Shown one piece after another: positions 51,696 through 64,000 of a DNA stretch of 64,000 bases. Below the pieces are notes generated by a model, which searched no databases, had not been told where the DNA came from, and saw only the letters and a list, made by a program, of their open reading frames with translations. A program made the position numbers and the translations under genes. The first letter of the stretch is position 1; every line of letters begins with the position of its first letter. This stretch comes from Bugula neritina (Eukaryota > Animalia > Bryozoa): NCBI GenBank assembly GCA_964035545.1, contig OZ037772.1:3067538-3131537 (forward strand), in the 5' to 3' direction.

Positions 51696-54600
51696 ACAGA
51701 GCACCTGTCCCAAACTCCATCTCCACAAAGTCGTCAGCTACAATAGGTATTCTCCTGTCAGCAAAAAGATGTCTCACAAATTTCCCGTGTAAGTGTTTGT
51801 ATCGGCCGTCTTCAGGGTGGACAGCCACGGCAGTGTCACCTACAATAGTTACCAGACTTTAAAGTCTCTCCCAGTATTGAGTATTGATATACAATTATAT
51901 ATTTACTGAGTGTTTACCAGATCCAACTTTACAGTCACTATACTCAGAGTACACAACTCCCAGTAAGTTAGTATCAAGCTAATTAACCACTAACCCCCTA
52001 TTCACACTTACCGTATCGTACGCCGTAACAGCAAATATCAGCCACTTTTACAAATGTCTGAGCTTCCTGTACGGTGTTGCGGTACGGTAGGATCAAGCAC
52101 TGCTTGATTCAAATAAGTTGCAGCGGACTCCTATTGGACAGAAAAACTTTTGCGTAAATTCATTGGATATAAATGTCTAATGAAGCGTCATAGATCGTAC
52201 CTAATAGCGGACTTTGAAAACTTCAACCCGCACCTTAAACCAAAATGGAATAATAAAATTAAAGAATTTAGGCTATCTCAAGTTCTCCACTACTGCTCCT
52301 AAGTGAGAAAGTAAGAATAGTTAGAGAGATCTACTGGAGTTACTTTAACTGGCAGCAAGAGTCAGCCATTATTACGTTGCTAAGCAACAAAGCTATTAGT
52401 GACATTGATGTCTACTAACCCAACATAGTTTCTAATCTAGTTGTGGCCACAATAATCTCTTCGTCAGAGTCTTCTACTTTATATGCAAAGGAAAGGAGAA
52501 CTCCGAACTCCACCTTCTCCTTGTAGCCCGGCACAGAGAGCATAGTCCTTCCTGTCAACTCTACTTTGTCTACCTGCAATCAGTGATACAACTCTCTCAG
52601 ACTATACAGGTCAAAGGTTAAACTGTAGTGTGTGCCTCTGAGTCACTGCGTTCTCATTCTTTTCTATTAGTTCATATAATGTATATGAATGCTCGTACGA
52701 ATGAATATGTGGCTGTGGTCTCATTGATGTATTCATTCGAAGATAGTCATAATGTAATATATCAGGCTGTGTCTGAATACTACTATTAGGTTAGTTACCA
52801 CCAACACACAAGTCTCGCAGTGAATAAACAGTTGACGTACACACAGCCGGGAGTCAGACTTATACTGTACAATATACCTCAATATCAGAGATGGCAGAGT
52901 TGAGAGTACAGGACCAGTTGACGAGTCGGTTAGCTCTGCAGATCACACCTTTCTTGTGCATTCTGATAAACGCTTCGTTCACCGCTTTTAAAGATTTCTA
53001 ATAAACAAGTATATATGAGTGATGTGTCAAGTGTGAGCTGATTGGAGACCAGGCCTCATGATTAACCAATCATAGAGAGGATAACACACTGAGTCAGTAA
53101 ACAGCCGACATGGCATATAGACTCCACTACTCAAACATAATACATGTATAGAGAGGATAACTCCTCACCTCATCCATAGTGAATGTAGTTCTGTCCCAGT
53201 CATAAGACCCGCCCACTTTCCTCAACTGATGGTAGATTCTGTCTCCTTTTCTATAGAAATTATATAATAATACTGACCAATCGTTGTGCTGCAAAACTTA
53301 GTTATATTAGCAACTTAAATAATGAGTCCAATGATAGAGTGCGATGAAGTAAACCTATATTTAACTTTTTGTATATTCAATTATATATATAATTTTTTAT
53401 CATATTATCGCTATTATATTATCTTATATCAAACTGTAGCAACTGCACACCAATAAGATAAAATAAAAACTCAAACCCGAATACTAAGTCGCTATGAAAT
53501 GCATTTTCGAGATAAAATATTCCCTTACTGGTTCTTCCAGTTCCACACTCGTCTCACAAACTCATCTCGTCCCAAATCGTGTCGAGTTTTATTCTCTTCT
53601 CTAGCGAGTTTTTTCTCGACGACAACTTGAGTGGCTATTCCTGCGTGGTCACATCCGGGTACAAACAGTGTCACCTTCCCATTCATCCGGTGCCTGACAA
53701 TACAACAGAACTGACCCCTGCAGACACCTGACAACACAAGCATATCAGACACCTGTAGATATTCTGGAAAGGTGCTGAGAGAAATATCTGTGGTTGAAAC
53801 AACATCAATATAATAGATGAATGACTTATGCCAACCGGTACTTAACACAAATTTTCTCAGCATTCAAAAAAGAATTAACAGGGGGATGTTCATAGCCTGT
53901 CTGTGGAATATGTCAGAGTGAGTTGGCAAGATGCCAAAATGTCATGTAGTCACCACCAGAGGAATGGTGTCTACTGTTACATGCTATAAGCTACATACAC
54001 CACCAGTTTAGTGACTAGGTAAGTACGGAGTTGTCTCATCTATATGAATGAACATCTCACCACCGAACTATCGCATTCTCGACCGCCCCGTGAGGGCATG
54101 TCCTAGGTGAAGAGTCCCGATCACATTGGGGGAGGGATCATGATGATAAACTTCTCTTCAAGTGTGAGTTTCAGCACATCTCTACCTGTTACAAAGCAAC
54201 CAATCACATCCTTCTCGGTTACAAAGTAAAAAGCAACCAATCACAGTACCTGTTACAACAGAGTAACAAATCACACCTCTACGTGTTAGAAGTAACCAAT
54301 CGCACATTATAGACTTTACTATGATGAGAAGTGTACCTTTGAGATTATACTCAGGTTTAAAGAATCCTTCCTTCTCCCACCAAGAGTACCAGGCAGCTTC
54401 CACATAGGACGGGGAGTAAGAATCAGGCATGGGACACGTCGTGTCTAGAATAACAGAAAACTATAAAGTATAGGGGAGCAGCTGATTGACTTCTGGTGCC
54501 ATTACTAAATACTAGTTGAGTCACAGAATCTGGTAGTTTACTAAAACATACAAAGAAACAGTCAGACTTGCTTTTCAAGGTTTCTATATCAAAACTCATA

Positions 54601-56194
54601 TTAATGTGAAGCATGATAAAAATAACTCAGTGTACATACTGTAAGTGAAAACAACATTTAAAGCAAGTGGGCTTATATGGTCAGAATTTGAGTAAAATAC
54701 TCTTTAAGAAATCCTATGCCAACAAACACTGCGTGATAGTTTCAACTTCTATTTAATTTTATAATCATTATTCTACAAAATGATATTTATTTTACAAGCA
54801 AATTCAACAACTTTATCAAAAAAGTTCTATAATTATATGGTCGATCAAAATCTCAGTAAAGATACAACTAATATACATAGTACTAAGATGTTATGAGGAG
54901 TAACTCAAATGATTCTAACATAGCTGTGTTTTATTACTTTGAATTACAACAACAGTTGTGCTCAGACTAGACTGCAGATGTGTAAGATCGTTGTGCAGAC
55001 AAAGCACCACAGTAAACATGCCTACTGTCACTGCCTTGACAAAACCTCATGTTACCCTGTATGCTAATCATATTGATAAAAGTTATTTTTAGTTGAATTA
55101 ATTTTCCGGCTTATAGTATGAATCTGCACTTACACCACATATTGGTTACTAGAGGGCGCTCCAGGTAGGCCAGTCTCATGCGCAGCAACAGAACGATATT
55201 GATAACTTGACTGTGTGATAAGACTTTTATTACTGCAGCACGGTTAGGAAATTATGTCTATTAAAGTAAAGTCCGAAAATTACAAAGAAATACAGTGATA
55301 CATTAAATAAACATAATAAAATACAGATAATAAATTATATACATGCTGTTATTAAATTAAAACAAAATCCTTGTAGCTATCCATGCTGATGTTTTGACAG
55401 CGGTATAAAAACAAGCACCTGTCACACATCCGGATTGGGCATTGTCTCCCCCGCCACGACTGATTCGCTTCTTAGACTGATCTGAAAATGCATCAATTGA
55501 GTAAAAAATAGGTTTGCATATTGCATAATAATATAAATGTTGACAAAAAGACATAAATTGAAAGTTAAATGTTAAACTAATTATTGATAAGAAAGACTGA
55601 GTTCTTATAGCACCTACTTGAAAGGCACACTATTATATATAACTATATTTTTGTTGTACAGATCAACATCTGCAGCTTTTCAGAGAAACTAAACTGAATT
55701 ACGTTGTAAGGCTATTCATGCTATAGTTAACCACTACTATCAATCAATAAAAACAGAAATTGAAAATATCTCTAGTTACTGTGACATTGCAAAAATCTTG
55801 TAAGAAAAATTATTCCAACTGGTAGAAATTGAAAAAAAATTATATTTATAAAAATATTGCAACCTGTAGGAAATTTCAAAGATGTTTTCAAACAAATCTA
55901 AATTTACAACTTTAAAGGGAGAGATCTCAAATAATAATAACAGATTGTAATAATCTGATTCAAATACATACCTTTTCGGTTAGAGAAGAATCCTTCAAAT
56001 ATGACATAGTTATTGACTTGAGGGATCGTAACTCTCAACTTGTAAAGTTTTGTAAGGAACGCCAAGAATTTGTCTGTCCACAGCCAGATGTGACGGTGTG
56101 ACTCTCTCGTTCTGTAATGTCACAAATAATTAATAAATCGACAGTGAAACAATAAACAGTGTCTGTGATAGAGGTAGATCTACAAAAAGGACCA

Positions 56195-56600
56195 TGTGTA
56201 GCGTAATAGTGTGAGTGTTTTAGAACCAAACACTATTGGTGATGTTTGAAGAGCCCCAGTCATAACTTTGTCCAGAATGGAGATAGACCTATAAAAGGGA
56301 CAGCTGTGGTGTACTGAGTAGAGTGCTGGCCTAGTAAACATAAGGTCAGTGGTTGGAGTTCAAACACAGACAGTGATGTGAGAAAGAGCATGCAGTAACA
56401 ATTGCTCCTGCTTCACAAAGTCAATATAAATAAAAAATAACAAACAAAAAGATGGAGCAGCTGTGGGCTAGTGGTTAGAGCACTGGTTTAGTAAACACAA
56501 AGTCACGGGTTCGAACCCCAGTAAAGGCTATTGGTGATGTTAGGAAGAGCATTCAGTCATAATTGCTCTAGTGCCCCACCTGAACACGTCCTTAGTCTGG
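56195..56600 (+). mobile_element. Cluster of three degenerate tRNA-derived SINE copies (best copy at 56457-56580)
   Basis: A box TGGGCTAGTGG and B box GGTTCGAACCC, followed by a shared GGTGATGTTAGGAAGAGCAT..CAGTCATAA core in all copies. Confidence 0.7.
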
Positions 56601-56968
56601 TTTAGAAAAACTCTTTCCATCAGGGGTTTCTCACAGGGATAGTGATTATACACTCACAAGAGTTTTACAATTATTAAAGCAGCAGAATTAGCAGAACATC
56701 AGTGAATGTTAACTCAGGTGAATATTTTAAAATTTATAACATTAAACTAGGACACAGACCTCTAACATAAACTCAAAGAGCCTCTTGCCAAAACCCTGCC
56801 GTTGCTTCCTCTCATGGACATGGAAGTCAAGGATACACAGTGGCTCCATCTCTCTCTGATTACCTTGATGGTCGTAGAGAAACAACTTCTTGATAAAACC
56901 AACAGCTGTGCCTTTTTATTACTGCAGCAGTATGAAATTATCAGCAACTTGCAGACAGAGAAAGCTTA

Positions 56969-59900
56969 TAGTCTAGAAGTAACCTTCCAAAAAGTGCTCA
57001 AAAAATTGGCTTATTACACTTTACTAGGTGGCCACTCAAAAAAAATTGTTTCTAGATCAGAATTTTGTGCTGATTCTGAATCTACAAACTCTAGAATTCT
57101 ATTTCTACCCAAACTCAAGTTATTGCAAAAAAACAAATCGACATTTTGGATGGGTGATAAAAAGAAATGTGGATTGTGCAAAATAGTATCCAATTTTATC
57201 AAGCTATCTTGAAAAAAAAAATTTATTTGCTGAAATATCAAAAATAATTGCCTCTTTCTTAGAATTATATGCTGATACTGAATTTAAAGACTGCAAGACG
57301 CTATCTCAAATTAAAACCAAGTTGTTTATATAAACATATATGTTTGTTATGAATCGACATATTGCATGCGGCATAAGCATGCAGAATAATTGTATGACCA
57401 AGCTATTTATACAAAAATAAAAAAATTCATGCTGATGTGTGAAAAAAACTATATTTATAAAATAAATGTTGAAATAAATAAGTATTGAAATCTTTTGAGC
57501 ACAGTCCAAGTGAATCATTTGCTAGTCTGTCAGTATAGCCGTTAAACGTCTGCAAAAATCAACAAGATTCTGTAAAATTATTTAGAGAAACAGAAGCATG
57601 AGAGATGATCAAAATCAAATTGGTTGCAGCAAAATATATAACAAATGTCTAAAAATAGTGCTTTATTATGAAAAAGTATTCTCGCCATCATTGTCACTGC
57701 CGTCAGTCTCATCAGCTTCTTCCCCAATATAGAGCTTCTTTTCAGACAATCCTTACATTGACAAACATCAGTGCATGCACTGCATTTGAGACTTCTGACA
57801 TCCACATCTTGATATGTTGCAGCTGGTCTTACAGGAGCAGTTTAAACTTTGCAATATACATGTTCAGGTGCGGAAGCTTGAATCATCTACTTTATATTTA
57901 TGCTGCCATGATTCTCAACAATCTTTTCATAATGTTTTGGGGGTGGTGCATCAATAAAGGCTGTTGTCACCCTTCTCCAAATGGCTGCCTGATAATTTGC
58001 TCTTTTTACGTGCAAATTTAATTCATCTTTTGTTGGAGGCAAACTGTTTTAAGTTATTTTAGACGGTGAATGAAATACAGTGTATCAGACATTATCTATA
58101 TTTGAATTTCCTGCTCCATAAAGTTTATAGACAAATAACAAATTGTTCTACTAATTCAGCCGCTGTAATGGCTTACAGCTTAAAATACTTCCTAAGGTGT
58201 TCAAAGCTTCCCATACATTATGGATATTTTCTCAAAAGAGAGTAGGCTATGCGCCATCCTTTTTCATAAGAAGCACTATAGTCCAATAACAACCTGTTAA
58301 AGCATGAAATCCAGTAAGTGCTGCACACAACTGCAGTCCAGATTTATTTGCTGCAATGTTTACTTCCAAATACCTTATATGATTATGGTTTTCTCCCAGA
58401 TAGACCCTGTTTTTATTTTGTTACCATATATATATATATATAATAATATTACCTATATAACTGTTGTATTGATTGCTAAATAGCTAATATGCTAATAGCT
58501 ATAGCAGCTAACATGAATTATCTAGAATAATATTCTATTATTTTTACGAATTTGTGTGAGGCAAAAAGTAGTAATACATTAATAAAAGGCACTATCTTTA
58601 ATGGATACTTATTAACTAAATATTTTTTCAAACAACAGGCAAGATGTATAAAATATACAAAATTACTAGGTTAATGCAAATTAAAGGAATTTATTTATGT
58701 GCTAAATAACAAGCAATTGATCCAAGTTTATTTAGATATACATATATTTCAATAATATTAAAGGAAGTTGCACATGAAAATACATTTTACCAAAATAAAT
58801 AACTAGGGTCTATGTAGGAAATTTAGCCTAGCCTGATCTATCTATAATATAATATACTATAATATATTAATATAATATAATTAGTAAGAAGGTAATGTTT
58901 TGCAAACAGCGAGACTTGAGATGAAAACATCAGTGTCTTAAGATTTGATTATTACACGTAGGATTATGATGTTCATAAAATACTTTGCATGTAACAAAGT
59001 TTGTGTACCTGCCTTCTCATGATCTAATTGGAAGCATTTGAGTTCTGCTTTCTTAGGAATTCCACCATGTTTGAAAAATTGTAGCTGAACGCAATTTTTT
59101 TGGGTATGCGACAACTATAATAACAATATTTTTACTTCATATTTCACACAAAAATGCACCAGTCTCAAATTCAGCTTGTTTTATTTGCTGATAAGAAATT
59201 ATTATTTTTGTGACAAATGGCACACATAAAAAAAGTACATGCCTATGATCTTTGAATAAGGCAGCCCAAGATCATTTTGCTAATGGGTGGCCTAAATGTA
59301 ACCATATATATTTTAAATTATAGGGAAGCTTTAGGGTATTCCTTCTGTAACTATAACTGAGCTAAATTGACTCTAGAGTCATTCTATCAAGATAGTATAA
59401 AAATATCCATTTAATTTAACCAATAGCATTGTTTTAAAAACCAAATTGCTTATTTATATATAGTTCAGCCTAAATTTATTGGCAAAGCTAATTGCACACG
59501 TTTAAAATATTTTGTTCCGGAGTCCAGATCAACCTGCTCATGCTTTTCATTAATTTTTTTGTAAAAGTAATTATCATAATAACAATCGTGAAGAAAATCA
59601 TTATTAGACACAGATTTACTTATAGCCGATCAATAATAATGTTTGCCTTATAACTGAAAAACCCATTCCTTTGCTTGTTTTCGTCCATATAGTCCCCTTT
59701 TTTTCAGATTTTTAGACAAGAAAATCACTAGAATTAAACTCAGAAGTGAAAAGCACATCTATGATTATCTGCAAAAGTTTTTGCTTGTACATATAATAAA
59801 CTAGCTTCAATAATTTCAAGATAATATTTAATAGATTTGGACAAAGTTGTGGGGAAACAACTCCTGTAGAATTTTAAAGAGTTTTTGTGACTAACTAGGT

Positions 59901-60223
59901 GGATAGAAAAATTTAGAGTTTTTATAACAGAATAGTGAAAAGAGCATCTATAATTATCAGCAAAATTATTTTGCTTATATAAAATAAATTAGCTTGAATA
60001 ATTCCAAGATATTTAGCTGATTCACAAAAACGTTAAGAGAAAACAACTCCTGATCAATTTTAAAAGTTTTAAAGCACTTTTGTGGCTAGCTGGGTGCACA
60101 GAACAGTCTAGAGTTTTCACAGATTAATTAGGACCCTACAAACTCTCCATTTCTAAAAAAAATTGCGTGGCCACCTCTCGGAGTGTAATGAGTGAAAGAT
60201 AATTGGAGGTTACTTCTAGACTA
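56969..60223 (-). mobile_element. Academ-type DNA transposon (3.25 kb, decayed transposase) in an ATAT1 intron
   Basis: TIR TAGTCTAGAAGTAACCT; 3-bp TSD TTA; minus-strand remnants GFHALTGC, LPPTKDELNLHVKRANYQAAIW and C-terminal CSCK..LKCSACTDVCQCKDC; ~190-bp subterminal direct repeats at 59740-60120. Confidence 0.85.
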
Positions 60224-63200
60224 TTAATCAAAAACGAAATTCAGTTTTCCAAATATATGTAAGCTTTCAAGGAGTAAAATAAAAATTGGCAGCCAATTAC
60301 AGAGCAAAATGTCAACTTACAATTTTTATACTTTCAGCTTAACGTGAACATCAAATATGCAAAATAGAAAACTCTATAGTCTGAGAATTTATAACTTTAG
60401 CCCAGTAAAATAGTGTGTATTTCGAGTGCTGCCTAACTGCCCTGCATCCAGTAAAGGTATTAAAATAGATGATGACTCACCTATTTGACTGACATTCAGT
60501 ATAAATATAAACTCTTTGGTGAGTATAGAAAAGCTTGCTGCTGGTAGTTGTCACAGTTGAAAGGCCCTGGGCTCTCTCGGGTGCCTCACCCAGTCTGTCA
60601 ATGACATGGCACAGGTGCTTCTGAGTGCTTGGGAGACTAAAAGGAAATGTCATGACATCATTTCCTTTCGTATTACAACAGTAAGTAGATATATTATGAT
60701 CAATACCAAAACTATGCCAACCCAATTTCCAAACTACCATTCAGATTTGGCATGTAAGCCAATAAATTAATATGAATAGACTCATTTCAAACTATCACAA
60801 AAGTTTGCTATTTTATGAAGCTGTAAGTAAACTGTAGTATGAAAATTAATGAAATAAATGTGCTTTTTTGTGACTGTAGTACGTGTAGAACTAGTAGTAG
60901 TCTAACTTGAATCTCAAAATTTTATAATGCAAAAAACTCTAAAATTTTATGCTGATTCCTTAACTTATATTTTAATGTAGAATACCTCTATCCTCTTTTC
61001 TAACTTTAGATCACTCACTATCTATGTTTGTATACATAACATTTGTTAAAAAACTCTCAATTTATCAGATTATTTAAAACTACATTTTTCCTTTATTTCA
61101 CTTAAATTTCAACATAAAAATTCGATCGAGTATGAAATAACGTTAAAATTAACTTCAAGAATCTTGGTATGTTTTTAAAAATATAAAACCTTAATTCAAA
61201 CTTTGATAATTTAGAAAAAATTAGTTTAAAATATAATTGCAGCAACAATTACTATTAGTTAATTGAAAAAGGTTTTGATTTAGCTGACCTAAGGCTAATA
61301 ATAAATTGTTCAAATTTTTGTACATGTGTCACCAACTTTAAATTACTTACTTTACAAATACTTTTGCTGGTTTTAAGAGTCTATCGATGATAAGAATAGT
61401 CTTTCCTTCCACAAGTGAGCTAACATTGAAATCAAAATTTATTTGATCTTTTCTTCAGCTTCTGCCCAGATATGGCAATTTCAACTTGCTAAACCAAAAT
61501 TGAAAAGTTCACTTCTATCATCATTGCATATGAAATGAGCATTTCGCAGTTGAACTCATCAGAAATGACAGAATTAATATGAAAAAGAATGAAATACAGC
61601 TTAAATTTGATCAAATTTGTTTGCAGTGTTAGTGCATTGTCATGGCCCATGAGCATAATATCAACATGTATACAGCTAATAGCATGATTGTTTTACTACT
61701 ACTATTATAAGTTTTTACTCTCAGCATAATTGACTATTACACTTACTATAGCAATAGGCATGGTCAATGACCATAAATTGAGTGTTAGCATGGCTATCAG
61801 TAATAAGTACAGCATAATAGATTATTATTATAAATGTATTTATACAAATAGTAACAGTAATACTAAAAGTAATATTTTTAGCTATAATTGGTATCCACCA
61901 GTTTGCACTACAATTTTAAATTACATACAACTTCAACTTAAAAGTAAGAGTGAAACGCTTAATAGTTATTACAATAACTATGACTATTAATATTAGTATA
62001 ATATGGTAAAACTAATACTTAACCTATTTGTAGATTCTAAACTTTTAAATTAGACCTAATAGTAATAGTAATAGTAGTAGCAGCAACCTTGCGGTAACTC
62101 CTACAGTTAATCCTAGTTCTATCATCTATCAGTATCATTATGATTATCATTATGATTATTACTATCAGTATCAGTACCACCATCACCATGACTTCAAGTC
62201 TAAAACTATGAGTATCAGTATGATTGACTGTGAGAGTATCACCACCACTATGAGTGGTGGTGATAGTGAGTATCACTATCACTACAATACTTAATTAGTT
62301 ACTTATAGTTATACTTATACTGTGAGTTATACTACTATCACTATCAGTATCACTACGACTATCACTATCACTATCACTATCACTATCAGTATCACTATCA
62401 GTATAACTATGACTATCAGTATCAGTATCCGTCTTCTTGGGTTAGGCAAATTTTCAACTTCCGCGCTGGGATGAAAACTCAACTAATTTTATTTTCAAAG
62501 CTCACGTTTAAGGAACTACAGTGCAAGCAAAAATTATCTAATATCGATGCTTAAAAACAAAAAGAAAACCTATCCATTTCAATTCAACTAATGCCTTGGG
62601 CTTGTAGCTTACTCAATGTTGCCTAACAATTCACAACATCCGCTGCGTCTTTATTGTTAGCTAGGGAACCAAAAATCCGAACGACCTACATGACGTTTTT
62701 CAGACTAGGGGGCTTGTTTCTTGTGTTATGTATTATAATCTTTTCCACCGATTTTCTCAATTTGTTTTTATGACCATGGGCAAGGCCAAGGTTTCTCCCG
62801 CGGATCTGCAGCAAAAATGAAGAGGATTGTTGTGAAACAGAAGTTGCATTTGTGTAGTTTATCATTAATATTATTATTAATGATATTAGTTATTGATAAT
62901 ATTAATTATTATTAATAATTTCTTGAATTTTATACTCATAATGATATGATTATGTCTATTTATTATTATATCCATATAATTACCATAATATCAATTGTAG
63001 CAGTAGCTGGCAGCATGTTTACATGCACGCTGTGTGTATGCGTGTGTCATAGCCCATCGTCATAGCATATTAATAGCCCCTAAACAAAACAATAAATTCC
63101 TACAACTGCGCAGCAAAAGCCACAATCAATGAATCAAGTGTATTGCAAAAGCCTAAGACAACAAATCTGCCAGAATATTTCTGTTCCCTTATTTGGAATT

Positions 63201-63825
63201 ACTTGGGGCTGGTGGTGCAATTTGGGTGACCAATGGGATCTGGAACACATCATTTTTGTTTATTTGTTGTTTGTGTATTATTCTGCTGCTGTTGGAAAGC
63301 ATTGGTTATACTGATCAGTTTCAATTAGTAGAGCCAAAGAGCAAGTTATACTACTTATAATTTTACATTAAACAAGATATATATTACTATCTATTGAAAC
63401 CTAAGAGCAGAAGCTGTATTATCAAGTTATCAGAGAAGTGCTAAAAGTTTGTCTGCTATTAATTTTTCTATCATTTATTGTCTTAATGCTGTAATATCGA
63501 TACATTTAGCTTATATTATATGAAGTGGTTTATAGCTGACATTATTTTTAATGAATTATTATGCAGTAATATTTTGCTTACTTTAATAATTTTTATGTGT
63601 GTTATTTCCTTACAGTTCTTATATTCTTGTACTTTATTTAGCCTTATATTGTGTGTATTTTATTTAGATTTCACGGTGTAGCTTTGTGAGCAAAAGTGTT
63701 ATAAGTTGGAATAAAATACTAATAACTACACTCACAAGACATCAGTTGAATTCCTAAACCTACTCTGATAAGCTTGCGATTACTAGCAGACCTAACAAAA
63801 CTGCTACAGTGAAATCTTTAACGAG

Positions 63826-64000
63826 GTCCAGAGAGACACCTTGTGACGCCCCGTAGAGCCACACCTGAAATAAAGTCCAGAGAGACACCTTGTGACGCCC
63901 CGTAGAGCCACACCTAAAATAAAGTCCAGAAAGAGACACCGTGTGACGCCCCGTAGAGCCACACCTAAAATAAAGTCCAGAAAGAGACACCGTGTGACGC
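63826..64000. repeat. 49-51 bp tandem repeat containing a minus-strand splice acceptor and exon start
   Basis: GTCCAGAGAGACACCTTGTGACGCCCCGTAGAGCCACACCTGAAATAAA units; runs off the window edge. Confidence 0.9.

Larger units (their letters stand above)
47352..54444 (-). pseudogene. VARS: Valyl-tRNA synthetase unprocessed pseudogene, 5'- and 3'-truncated; exons 54337-54444, 54061-54185, 53529-53693, 53169-53250, 52878-52997, 52420-52573, 51705-51839, 50766-50858, 50222-50303, 49815-49976, 48273-48378, 47352-47548
   Basis: Motifs [75 protein letters not shown] and [25 protein letters not shown]. Two 1-nt deletions in the HIGH exon, TAA at 48325-48327, TAG at 47499-47501, AVKITPAHD exon absent, no KMSKS or anticodon domain. 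Confidence 0.95.
55972..61442 (-). pseudogene. ATAT1: Alpha-tubulin N-acetyltransferase (ATAT1/MEC-17) unprocessed pseudogene; exons 61351-61442, 60481-60636, 56760-56921, 55972-56111 (possible further exon 55419-55481)
   Basis: (I)NFDFNVSSLV..IIDRLLKP; VIDRLGEAPERAQGL..RVYI; GTAVGFIK-KLFLYD..EPLCILDFHVHERKQRQGFGKRLFEFML; ERVTPSHLAVDR..KFL.FL.K.Y.L..TIPQVNNYVIFEGFF. The start ATG reads ATA, frameshifts occur at ~56915 and ~56072, and the VGxK motif is deleted. Confidence 0.9.

Noticed and set aside
56457-56530. tRNA gene
   Set aside because: A and B boxes are present, but no clean cloverleaf or acceptor stem; it is followed by a SINE-type core shared with neighbouring copies.

Overview
AT-rich, intron-rich animal (invertebrate-like) genomic DNA with no prokaryotic features. 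Every recognisable host gene is a disabled, intron-containing (unprocessed) copy with stops, frameshifts or missing exons. These are a weakly PIAS/ZMIZ-like gene (-), a Cys-rich/Gly-X-Y/COLFI collagen (+), a RING-B-box-beta-propeller TRIM (+) with an inverted paralogous last exon, valyl-tRNA synthetase (-) and alpha-tubulin acetyltransferase ATAT1/MEC-17 (-). Many DNA transposons are interspersed (hAT, PIF/Harbinger, CACTA-like, MULE-like, Academ), along with tRNA-derived SINEs and intronic minisatellites. The standout is a very young Ty3/Gypsy LTR element (24413-30541; GTAC TSD; LTRs differ at 1 of 351 nt). It has intact gag, an intact -1 frameshift signal and a protease. Its pol ORF stays open although RT, RNase H and the integrase catalytic core are missing. 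It also carries a third gene that appears to be spliced (GT-AG intron, in frame) and encodes a C2H2-type zinc-finger/coiled-coil protein. All calls were made by eye from the sequence; no database searches were run.
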